Part shown: positions 24,150-35,743 of the stretch, piece after piece
Layout: the number at the start of each line of letters is the position of its first letter
How positions within the stretch are numbered: the stretch's first letter is position 1
NCBI GenBank assembly: GCA_964016885.1
Contig: OZ024742.1
Coordinates: forward strand, 292,268,001 to 292,332,000
DNA from: Eledone cirrhosa
Lineage: Eukaryota
Length of the DNA stretch: 64,000 bases
Direction: 5' to 3'
Notes under the pieces: generated by a model
The model's input: only the letters and a program-made list of their open reading frames with translations
Told to the model about the DNA's origin: nothing
Databases searched by the model: none
Position numbers and translations under genes: made by a program

Positions 24150-26235
24150 AAGTTACCCACATTCTTAAATTTTTTTTCTTGAGACAAAGTTTGAAAAATT
24201 TGTCGAGGCTTTTGAGATAATAATTTCTTTAAATGTTTTCGAAAATGTGTTGATATTTTCGAGTGAACATTTAGAAAAAAATGTGAAGCAATTATTTGAA
24301 AATATTTTTAAAAGTAAAATTTGTCAAAGTTACCCACGAAATTGTAAAAAGATTTTGAAAAAATCATTCATCAAAATATTTCAAAATATTTTCTTCAAAA
24401 ATTCTCCAAAGAACGTCATCAAAATTTTCAAAAATTTCCTAAAATATTTATCACTGTCTGGAAACATTACACACCTTTACTTTAATTTATTTTTCAAATA
24501 TAATCATCTGCATGCTCTGTTACACTGTATCACTAAATCACTTTTATTTTATCTTATTTTTTTTATCTAAATGTACGTTTGAATAGAAACAACTTCAATT
24601 TTCTTTCAGTGATCGTAGTAGATGTGATGATAGAGAAGATAATGGAGATGTGGTGGAGGTATTGGTGGCGACCGCGGTGAGAAGAGTATGACAGAAAAGA
24701 AAACGATTGTTCGGGTTGTGGGAATATATATTTTGTAACGTGTAAAAAACTTACATACATCAAAATTTTCTCAAAAGATTTTTCCAAATTTTTCCAAATT
24801 CTTCATCAAATTTTTCAAAACTTTTAATCAAAATCTTTCACAACTTTTCCCAAAACTTTCATTAAAAAATTTCCTCAAAACACTGGAAATTATTTCAAAA
24901 TTTTCCTCAATAATTTCTAATATTTAAAAAAATTTCATGATATATTTTTGAAACCATAAACATAATTTCTGTGAAGATTATGAGCAAAATTGTCGAAATG
25001 ATAATTTGAAGAAAATTTCAAGAGAAATATTTTTGAAAAAGCTTTCATAAAACTTTAATGGAAATATTTGAAAAAGTTCAAGGTTAATTTTTGAGAATCA
25101 TTTTCAATGAAATGTTTGGGAAGTTTTAACAAATTTTGGAGGAAATATTTAAGAGAGTTTTGAAGATTTTATTCCAAAATTTTAAATTTTGAACAAAGCC
25201 TTAAACAAAATTTTAAAGCAAATATTTGAAAATCTTTTAAAGAATATTTTGTATGGTGGGAAAATCACGATTGTTCAGTTTACGTGAAAGTAAATTATAT
25301 CCAATTTAATCATGAAACATGCAAAATTCTTTGAAAAAATCAAAGATCATTCATCAAAATATTCTCAAAACATTTTCTTCAAACATTTTCAAATTACATC
25401 ATCAAAATTTTCTTCAAAATTTTTCAAAAATTATCCTTAAACATTTCTCAAATATATTAATCAAACTTGTCTAAAAAATTTCCCCACAAATTTTTGAGAA
25501 AATTTTCAGTAATATTTTATCAACATTTTAAAGTAACTATAAAAAAATTGAAAACCATTGAAAACATTTTATTAATAATTTTGTGAGAATATTTGTTTAA
25601 TTTTTATTAATGTTTTGAGAACATTTTTCTGAAAAATTATTTGAAAATTTTCGAAAGTATTGAGAAGTTTCGAAAAAAAAAAAAAAAAAAAAAAGCAAGG
25701 AAAACTTTACAGAAAATTTTTGCTGATATTTTCTCGGAGATATTTTGATGATTTTTTAAAAGAAAATTTTCAAGTAAAGTTTTGCGAAATTTTAATGGAA
25801 AATTGTAAATAAGCTTTAGAAAAAATATTTGTTGAAATCTTTTGGAAAGATTTTGATAACATTTTTGCGAAATATTCAACACTAATATAAACGCCTTCAC
25901 TTTAAATTATCTTTCAAATCTAACCAAACTGTATGCTGTGTTATTCTATAGCTAAATTACTTTTTATTTTATGTGTATGCTTGAATAGAAATAACTTAAA
26001 TTATATTTCGGTGATCATAGTAGACATGATAATAGAGATGAAAATAGGGATGTGGTGGAGATGGTGGTGAGAGGAGGGAGACAGTGAACAAAACGATTGT
26101 TCAGGTTAGGCAAAAGTAAATTGTGTAACGTGATAAAACATTTTCCTATAAATTTTCTCAAAGTTTGAGAAAAATATTTGAGAAAGTTCTTAGTAAAATT
26201 CTTATTAAACTTTGAAGAGAATTTTTGTTGAAGAT
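24150..26235. repeat. AT-rich degenerate satellite-like repeat with a duplicated ~280-bp core
   Basis: Alternating AAAATTTTC / GAAAATTTT-type arrays; diverged duplicate blocks at ~24475-24750 and ~25893-26140. Confidence 0.6.
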
Positions 26236-26242
26236 TTTGTAA

Positions 26243-26576
26243 GATGTTTTGATTTCCATGTGTCTAGCACACGTGGGCATGCCCACAAAGTCAGAAAAAA
26301 GCATAGCTCCCATGACTTTCGGAAACATTTTTTCACGCTCAGAGTTGCTGAAGCATGGATCAAACTACCTGCATCAGTTGTTAGCTGTCGAGACACTGCA
26401 TCCTTTAAAACCTCCATGCTTCCTGAGATTCGCCAACACAAAACCTAATATTCCCCCTCCATACACACGCACACATGTATATCATGACTCATACACTATT
26501 CACTTCCCTGACATTTGTATATTATTCTATGTACTATACATGCACCTTTGACGAGTTGTAGTGCACCTGAGCACTG
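26243..26576 (+). mobile_element. CR1 LINE 3' fragment
   Basis: TRGHAHKVRK..FRKHFFTLRVAEAW plus 3'UTR; homologous to the reverse of 35745-36090. Confidence 0.85.
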
Positions 26577-26746
26577 AGAGGGTCGGACACCATGCTTTGA
26601 CGCATAGAGTTACGGCCCTTGCCATTCTGAGTTCAAATCCCGCCGAGGTTAGCTTTGTCTTTCATCCTTACGGGGTCGATAAAATAAAGTACCAGTAATG
26701 TACTGGGTAATTTCTGACCTTGTGCCAATACTAAAAACAATTATTA
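26577..26746 (+). mobile_element. SINE family B (5'-truncated, abutting the CR1 3' end)
   Basis: Homologous to the other copies. Confidence 0.85.
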
Positions 26747-26776
26747 ATAATATAACGGCTATTATATTAATAATAT

Positions 26777-27116
26777 GGAGGCACATGGCTTAGTGGTTAG
26801 AGCATTGGCCTTGCAATCGAAAGGTTGTGAGTTCAATTCTCAGACCGGGTGATGTGTTGTTTCCTTGAGCAAGACACTTTATTTCACATTGCTCCAGTTT
26901 TCTCAGCTGTAGAAATGAGATGATAGGGATTGGGGTCCCTATCATTCCACTGCAAAGTGGTCGTGTAGGTGCCACGGCAAAAACCACCCAGCACTCACTG
27001 TAAATGAGGTTGGTGTTAGGAAGGGCATCCAGCTGTAGAAATCAAACCAGAATCGGTTCCCGTCCCACCCTTGCAAGCAGGGAAAAGTGGACGTAAAATG
27101 ATGATGATGATGATGA
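26777..27116 (+). mobile_element. SINE family A
   Basis: Near-identical to 422-762. Confidence 0.9.
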
Positions 27117-27339
27117 TAAAGATTAATTATCTGATAAACTGTTTGGAGCCATTACACATCTTCACTTTAAATTATCATCTCATCCCATAAACAATGCCAT
27201 TTTAAAATTGTTCTTGTTAAAACATGTTGCAGCATATCTAAACATAATTTTTACTCAATTGTATAAATACTGAGGAGAAAGAAAATCTTCAATCAGATAG
27301 TTTTCTGCTTGCAGTTTTAATTTACTGTTTTAATAATCC

Positions 27340-27870
27340 TTCATGAAAATGGAAGTCACAGAAGAGCACATATGACACATAATGCTTTATGAGTTCAGAG
27401 AAGGCAAGAGGTGTTATGTATACTGTAAAAATATGTAAAGAGTGTAAGGTGAATGTGTTTTGAATGTTTGTAAGTGCCAACGATGGTTCAACAATGAACA
27501 ACTCGATCAACTGAATGAAAAATGGAAAGAAAAAAGGTTCACTTTACTGAATCGAAAGGGTGTTATCATTACAGTGCCCTACCTCAGAGTGTAACAATTA
27601 TATGTTTCAACATTGAGGATCTTGGTTTAGAAAGGTTTCCACATTCTCCATATTCTCTTGGCGTTGCTCCTTCTTATTATCATTCATTCATTCCCAAGTT
27701 TGAAACATTTTATTGATAGAGAAGAAAGCACTTTTTTAGAAGCACTTAAAATGGACCTACATAACTGTTTTCCCTCAAAACTGTCTGATTTTTATAGGAT
27801 ATAAGAAACTTTTTATGGCGTTGGAAGAATGTTATTGATATAAATGGAGAAAATATACTTGATTCAATTA
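27340..27870 (+). pseudogene. mariner transposase relic, internally deleted
   Basis: MEVTEEHI*HIMLYEF..CQRWF (HTH region) and PHSPYSLGVAPSYYH (decayed HPPYSPDLAPSDYH). Confidence 0.75.
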
Positions 27871-28097
27871 GTGTGTAACATGTGTTTTTATCTACTACGA
27901 GCATATTTGCTTGCCTCAAAGTGTTTAGTTAACCCTTATGATGTGATGTTCAGCTGATTATTGCACTTGGTGGTGAATTGCCCCCTGCCTTTCCTCCTTT
28001 TTATGTTTTTTATCTCTCATTTACGCGTTTGTATTTGTATATATTATATGTGTTTGTGTTTTCCTTCTGTAAGTATTATATTATTATATTTTTTTAG

Positions 28098-28288
28098 GGA
28101 TTGGCAGGGCAGTATCGGTAGAGGGTCGGACGCCATGCGTTGACGCATAGAGTTTCGGCCCTTGCCATTCTGAGTTCAAATCCTGCCGAAGTTAACTTTG
28201 CCTTTCATCCTTACGGGGTCGATAAAATAAAATACCAGCAATGCACTGGGTAATTGATGGCCTTGTGCCAAAATTAGAAACAATTATA
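28098..28288 (+). mobile_element. SINE family B
   Basis: Homologous to the other copies. Confidence 0.85.
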
Positions 28289-28619
28289 TTTTTTTATACA
28301 ACTGTAAATAAAAGTCATTGTACAATTTATTACAATGCCAAAAAACAATTATCAGCAGGATATGAACTCAGAGTGCATTGAGCTGGAATAAATACTATTA
28401 GATTTAATCTGAAACTCTGACTCGGCCAATTCATTATCGTATAAATACTATCCAAATTTCTAAATTTACTGAGAATATATTCTCCAAGAATATTGATTGT
28501 TGCCATAAACATCAAAATTTTGTATGATAACATCTGTCTGTCTCTTACTTTAGTTTTTAACAAAGAAACTGATTTCCAATTATACTAAAACATATTGCCA
28601 AAATTGAAGATCTCATTCC

Positions 28620-29174
28620 ATTAACTATTTTCATACCAAAACACCTGAAACTGCACCTAGGTTCTATGATATGAATCTGTTTATTTTCAAGTGTTTATAT
28701 TTATCTATAAACATTCCACCCTGAAGAACTTTCCACCCAGTAAGAACTTTCATTAAATTATGTTCTAAATACCAACTTAACTATATGATACCAACCCACC
28801 CAAGACATAACAAACCCATTATTTATCTAAAAAAAGCTTTCATCATAGTTTTAAATAAGAACCTTTGTTAAGTTGTGCTCCAACATTAGTTTAATAACAA
28901 GAAAGTTAGTTATATAACTAAATCCTTTCAAATTCTTGATTATTTTCAAAACTAAGCTGAAAATTATAAGTAAGTATGGTAATGAAAGTGTTTATAATTT
29001 TTTTTTTAATTTTCTATTACAGTTCATATAAGAACCTTTGTTCAGTTATGTTCCAAACACCAACTTAACTATAACAAAGTTACTAAATCCCTCCAAATTC
29101 ATTATTATTTTCAAAATGTTGTCAAAATAATGTGGCATCTTTCATTAGAAATATGGTAACAATTCAGAGTTAAA
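28620..29174. mobile_element. Degenerate tandem MITE copies (piggyBac-like ends)
   Basis: Three similar units containing aagaacctttg..tgttccaaacacca; ends gaaatatggtaac..gagttaa. Confidence 0.45.
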
Positions 29175-29706
29175 TTGCATATGAACACACATACATGTCT
29201 ATATATAACAAACATACATTTAAATTTTCTAGAATATAGTCATAGATATCTCTACAAGTAGCTTCCAAGATGAATAGCCATACACCCTATTTATATAGGT
29301 TTTACATGCTTCTCTAACTTTTAAATAATTTGAGATTATGGAATCACTTGAAAATCGGCTGTCTGTTATGTAAACCTCTCTACCAAAATAGACAGAGGAT
29401 TGTTCAATTATTATACATGATATTCTTACATGCAGTTCCTTCATCAATATTTTATGTTTACATAGCTATGAAACTGGCAGAGTCATTAGTATTTGTTCTA
29501 GCTCTCTGTGTTCTGAGTTCAAATCCTATCATGGTCAATTTTACCTTTTATTGTTTTGGTGTTGATAAATAAAGTACAAGATCAAGTGCTGAGATTTGGT
29601 AGGAAATTGGACATTAGCACCTGCTGCTAATGTTCATTTCTTTCGTTATGGGAACATATATGTCCTATCATATGAATTATTTTTCTATAGTAAAAGAAAT
29701 TAAATA

Positions 29707-29737
<31 letters not shown>

Positions 29738-29984
29738 TTCTTTATTAACCACAAGGGTTTACATAAAGTAGACATTAAGGACAGTGCAGGACAATACAGA
29801 ACGGTACAAATGGGCATTTCTGCGTGTAAAAAACAAAAACATAGGATGTAACAAAAAAATAACAATGAAAAATTCCCCAATAGGGGGAGACTTCGGAGGG
29901 ACATTTGTGGAGAAAGCCCAGTAAAAGGCCACAGTGACCCTGACCACCAAGGCAAGTGCTCTCTCCCAGTTTTCCACCTTTAAT

Positions 29985-32900
29985 TTACAGATATATACTC
30001 AGAGTAGGCCCATTCACTCGAGCCATTCTTGCTTCTCTCACCCATCTTTCAACAAAATGCTGGGAAGAGAGCACTTCCCTCTCTACTCTGATTTTCCTTT
30101 TCAAATGAAATTTGAAAAAGTCAATCAGAGCATCACCGAAGAGGTAAGTGCTCGTCTTCAGCCCTTTCAAACGTGTCCACCATACTATCTCTTTCGCCAT
30201 GGCCACCAGACAGATAAAAACTGCCTGCCCTTCCCGGCTAAAGGAGGAGGGCGGGGCAATCCTGACGATGGACTCAGATGATAGCCGGATCCGTCCTACA
30301 TGCGACAGCAGGTGTTCGACATAAACCCACAAGTCAGCAATTTTCGGACACTGGACGAGTGCGTGCAGGACGGTTTCGTCGCCCTGCGCGCATCTCGGAC
30401 ATGCCCGGCTGACGGCACCTCCATGCCTGTAGAGTTTATCCCGAACTGGCAAGGCTCCTCGGTAGCACTGCCAGGCCAGAGATTTCTGGAAGTTGTCCAT
30501 AGGCCCTGGCCCGAAAGTTCTTCCGAAGAGATTGGCTAGTTGATTTTCGTCGACGCCTAGAGTTTCTCCAAGTACGTCGTCGCTCTTCCCCTCCACTAAT
30601 CCTCTATAGAACGCCGAGGTGGAGTTTCCACCGATCACATTGCCCGATTGGTAGAGGGCTGTGAGCGCCTGAAGACATTCCAGTCTCCAGGCGCTCCCTC
30701 TCGGTCTTCTCTTGACCCAGGACAGCAGCTCCGTCAAGGAAACGAGCTGGGGAAATACGTGTCTAGCAAACGGCGACCCCACCTGATCACCGTCGAGGAA
30801 GAGGTGGAGATGTCGTAGCCTGAGCGCGTGCCTGCGCATCATCAGCCACAGCATGCCCAGCCCTCCACGTAGCGGGTGTTGACAACAGATGGACCGCCTG
30901 ACCATCGTAGCGCGTCCCTTCCACAAAAAGCGAAAGAGCAAACGCTCCAGCGCAGTCAGGCGAGGCTTAGGACAAGGTACGACGGTCAGGCGGTAGCAGA
31001 TGACAGACGCGATGTACGCGTTAGCCACCTCCGCTCGACCTTTCAGATAGCTTCCTCTCCGCCCATTTCTGGGTGAGAGAAGCCACCCTGCTCGTCACCT
31101 CGTCCCAGTTTTTGTCCGTCTGGAGGTCCGGACCGAACCAGACCCCTAGCAATTTAACCGGTCCGTCCGTCCAGCGTCCGACGGCGCTGTTGGACGTCAT
31201 GGACCTGCCTCTCCAGGTGCCGAGCTGCAGGCCCACTGACTTTTCCTGGTTGATCATTGCTCCTGTCACCGCTTCGTATTCTCTTCGTGTAGTGCCGATC
31301 GCCTCGATGTGTTTGGCGTTCGACACCACTACGGTGACATCGTCCGCATATGCTGACACGGATCTTCCGTATCCTAGTTCGCGCGGGACGCCCCTCAACG
31401 TCTCTAGTTTGTGCAGTAATGGCTCGAGAGTCAATACGTACAAGAGGGACGAGAGGGGACATCCTTGGCGAACCGAGCGCATGATGTTGAACGGTTCCGA
31501 AAGGTGACCGTTCACTCTCACCACAGAACAGATGACGCTGTGCATGGCAGCGATCCAGCCTCTGAAGACGGGCCCAAAGCCAGCCGCCCTCAGGACTGCC
31601 GCTAGGTAACGATGGTCGACCCTATCGAAAGCTTTCGACTGATCTAAATTGATCAAGGACCCACCCGTGCCAGGTCCCCTAGCTACTCTCTCTACGATGT
31701 ATCGCATGAGGTGGAGGTTGTCGTGGATGGATCTGTCGGGAATGGCGCATGTCTGCGCCTCTCCCACCAGACCACCAACGACAAGCGCCAACCTCTTTGC
31801 TAGCACCTTGGCCAAAATCTTGAACTCTGTGTTTAGCAGAATTATGGGCCTGAAATTATCTATGTTATCCCCCTTGTTCGGATCCTTTCTCAGCAGTGCC
31901 ACCGCTCCTCGGCTCACAGAACTGGGAATTCTCCCGTTCTGTTGCCAGTTGCATTAGACGTCCGCCAATAGGCCTCCGAACAAGTCTGGCATTTGTACGT
32001 AAAATTCATAGGGCAGACCATCCAAACCAGGCGATTTACCCCTTGTGCAGCCAGTCATTGCCTCCCTTACTTCAGCGGCTGTTATCGGCTTTTCGCAACA
32101 CTCCGCCTCAGTGGCCGAGATCCGCGGCAGTCCGTCGAGGTAGACACTAAAGTCCATCCCTCGACCTGGCCCACCGCTGCCCCCGAACAGCTGAGTGAAG
32201 TGTCGCTGAAAAGCTTCACACATTTTCCCGGGTTCGAGTAGCATGCGCCCGTCGTGGTCCACCAAAGACCGGATCGTGGCTTTGTTGCCACGGCGCGCCT
32301 CCGCCACTCGGGCCCATTGAACGGCTTTCGTCCCCTCGTGTCTGAGAGCACGCACCCTAGCTCTGACAAACCAGCCTTCGTGCTTTGCATTGAAGAATTG
32401 GTCAAGGGCCAATTTCGCCGCAAGCACGTCGGTCGCAATTCCTTTGCTAAGCGCCTCGTCTAATTTTCTAACTAGTTCTCCCTCTGCTCTATTTTTCTCT
32501 ATTGCTAAAGCCTTACTAAACCTAATGGATTCTATTCTAATCGCTCTTTTCCACTTGTTGTTGACGATGGCCCCCGTCAACGCCCGCTTAACTAGTTCGC
32601 TAATCCGGTCTCTGTAGGCCTTGCGCGCTGGTAAGGACGCGTTTAGCTTCCAGTAGCCGGGTCCTCGTCTATGAAGCCTATCTAAGTCAAGCACACAGAT
32701 CACGAATTTGTGGTCCGTGTAGCTGACTATCTTGAATTGTGGACAGCCTATGCTAGACCTATCTATTTCCCTACAAGATACTCTATCTAGATATGATCTG
32801 GATGACCCTATGCGGTTTGTCCAAGTCCACATTGGCACATTCGGAAAATCCAATCGGTACCTGTCAGACAGTTCAAAACGCCTGAGCAGGTTGGTGAGGC

Positions 32901-33413
32901 TCTTGCACCCTCCACCCCTATCCGCTAATCCCACACAGTCCCAGCGTGCATCTAAGATCCCGTTCCAGTCGCCCACTAACACTAAAGAGCGGGACGTTCC
33001 AAGAAAGGTCTCCAGACGCCGGAAGAAATCAGGCCGCACTGCTTCTGTCGGGGCATAGACGGCCACTAGCCTGAAAGCTTTCCTGTCTCCGCTGGTCACG
33101 TCCAGCACCACCAACTTACCCCCTGGGTCCAGGAAGATGGCCCGTATGGCGAGATTCAAACCTCTCCGAAAAAGCACAGCAACTCATCCCCCGATCCAGG
33201 ACGGCTGGGAGATGCGTACACATCGTAGCCGCCGAAGATCGGTGCGAAGGCCCGTGCTTCGGAGATTCTGGTCTCGCTGATGGCCACTACATCTATGTTT
33301 AGTGACCTGAGGTCGTTGAGCAGGTGACCCTGCTTCCATGACGACCCCAAGCCACGCGCATTTATGCTGCCTATTCTGAGTGAGGTCATGTAGAGGAGGG
33401 ATGGTTTTTCCAT
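29985..33413 (-). pseudogene. Tx1 ORF2 (APE endonuclease, RT, C-terminal zinc finger), frameshifted
   Basis: IGSINARGL, ISET, VYAP, GDWN, SYLDR, TDH, YWKLN, KSPGLDGLPYEFY, NFRPI, DQSKAFDRVDH, VRQGCPLS, AYADD, CPRC..ETVLHALVQC. Confidence 0.92.
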
Positions 33414-35187
33414 TCCTTTTCACTTGATCGTCTGGTGAAGGGACCGTTGAATCGTCCCTTCGGCTGGTCGTCGGCTCTTCTCTGAGTATGTCCGAATATA
33501 CTCTTCGATTGAGAGTCCCTCCTAGGTTTCTGAAATCACCAACTGCGTTGGGAAATTTCGTTTTAATGTTTGTGTATTGTTTCTGTGCTATTTTTAGCAT
33601 TCTTATGTTAGTTGGCGTTTTGATTGGTGCTGGTATTATGTAGTCGTGTTGTGAAATGTCTGTGTGTTCAATTATGTAAGTCATTAGTTTCTTGTTGTGT
33701 GTATTTATTGCCGTGCATTTTTTTTTCTGGGGATGGGGTGTGGTTCTGCTATTTTCTTGCCGTTGTTGCTGGGTGTGTGTGTTTTGTTGTTGTGTTTGCA
33801 ATGTTGGTGCTTGTGGTGGTGGTGTTGAAGGTGTTGTTGTTGTAGCGGTGGGGTTGTCGCCGGTAGTTATGGTGGTGCTAGTTTGGGTGGTGATGGTGTT
33901 GGTGGTGTTGCTGCTGTGAGTCTCTTTGCAGTAGCCTTTACCCTTTTTTCATTTCTTTCCTCCCTTTTCGAAGGCGACGATGCGCTGCTTCTGCGTTTGT
34001 GCCTTCTTACGACCTTTTTCCATCCCTCTCCCACCTCACACTCCATGTCTGATTCTGTGAGGTCGGGGAGGGGTACCAGCTCCACTCTTTCACTTGTTGT
34101 TGTTGGTGATGTTTGCACTGGAGTCTCTGTTGCAGCTGCATTTGGTATTGCTGTTGTTGTTGTTAATACTTCCACTGCTGCTGCTGCTGTTTTTGATTTC
34201 CGTGGCGTGGGTATGGGTGCCACGGACCTATCGTTCCTGGTTGCCGCTTGTCCTGTTGCTGGTAGCCGTGGAGCCGGTTTCGGAAGGAGGGGGGTTTTCT
34301 CCTTTCTCAGGGTCTTCTCGTTGCAGAAGGCCCTGAGGTGAGTCTTCGATCCACAGCGAAAGCATTTCGGGCGTTTGCCCTCAACACTTATGGGCAGTTG
34401 AGTGCCGTTATCGAAGTCTATCACATCCGGGATAGCTTCGATGCACTCCTGGTTGGTTTGGATTAACATCTCAATGGATCAGTTTGACCCTCACAATTTT
34501 TTGCCCGCAGTAGGAGGGCACCAACACCATTTCCTCGCTCCTTAGGGTCACTAAGGATTGAGCCTTTGCCTCCTGGGGTGTGGCAAAAAGTACGTCTACG
34601 GTGGCATATTTCTTGCCTCGGGTGATGTGCGTTTTCCGCTGCCACACAGACCCCAAAGCTTTTTGTATTTGAGCCTCTGTGGCTCTTTCAACCCTACGGG
34701 ATTTTGTATTTACTGTACGGTACGTGACCGTACAGTGCTGTTGGGTTTCGAAAACTTTTTCGACTGCCTTGCAGATTGCTCGGTGTCCAGTTTTTGTCAC
34801 CATCTTCTTCGCTTCCTCTAATTCCTCATTTGTTATGAGGATGGTTTCCAGGTTCTTTGCGATACCTGCAAACGAGATTGGTTTTTCTTTGCTGCTGTTG
34901 TTGTTGTTGTCGTCAGAGCTGCTGTTACTTTTGTTGTTGCTGCAGGTACTACGACTACTGCCGCCGCCGCTGTTGCTGTTGTTGTTGCTGCTGCTAATGC
35001 TGTTGTTGTTTATGCTGCTGCTGGTGCTATTGCGGCTGCAACTGTTGTTTTCCTTGTCACTGTTGCTGTTGCTATTACGGCTGCTACTGCTATTATTCCT
35101 GACGTCAGACGAATGAAATGGGTTTTCGTATTTCCCGCACACCTGTTTCGTCGTTGTCGTCGTGGAGAAATCTTGCACGCTTTGCAC
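33340..35187 (-). pseudogene. Tx1 ORF1 (nucleic-acid-binding protein with CCHC knuckle), frameshifted
   Basis: SFAGIAK..., VEGKRPKCFRCGSKTHLRAFC, GWKKVVRR. Ser/Asn- and Thr/Gln-rich low-complexity segments. The 3' end is approximate. Confidence 0.75.
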
Positions 35188-35554
35188 GAGATTTTTCTTT
35201 TCTGTCGTCGCTTACGAAAGAGAAGGGAGGGAGAGAGACACATTTAAAGAAGGGAGGGAGAGAGACAATCTTCTCTCTGCTGTAGTGACGATTGAGGAAG
35301 AAGAAGACGGAATGAGTGGGAGTGACCTATGAAAATTCTTTTTCGTAGCCATGTTGTTTTTTTTTTTGTTTAAAATAAATATTGGGCACAAAACCCCAAT
35401 AAGCGGTTATTTAACCCCGAAGGGCCAAATAACGGGCAGAAAGACGCCTCTCACGAGGAGGAGGGTGTTTTTGTCTACAAGTTGGTTAAAGTTTTAAACA
35501 ATTTACAATTGTTATAGCGGTCAAAATTTACAATACCTTACAGAGCCGAGCTTC

Positions 35555-35680
35555 AATAATAATAATAATAATGAAATTATTGTGTACAGTGCTCAGGTGC
35601 AGTACAACTCATCAAAGGTGCATGTATAGTACATAGAATAATGTACAAATGTCAGGAAAATGAACAGTGTATGAGTCATG

Positions 35681-35683
<3 letters not shown>
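35555..35683 (-). mobile_element. Extra CR1 3'UTR fragment with (ATT)n tail
   Basis: Diverged duplicate of ~35720-35852. Confidence 0.8.

Positions 35684-35685
<2 letters not shown>

Positions 35686-35743
<58 letters not shown>

Larger units (their letters stand above)
29737..35554 (-). mobile_element. Tx1/L1-clade LINE, near full length
   Basis: ORF1 and ORF2 fragments; AATAAA just before the 3' end; (AAT)n on both flanks. Confidence 0.92.

Noticed and set aside
30300-33058. Numerous plus-strand ORFs overlapping the Tx1 element
   Set aside because: They are antisense shadows of a GC-rich coding region, with no independent motifs.
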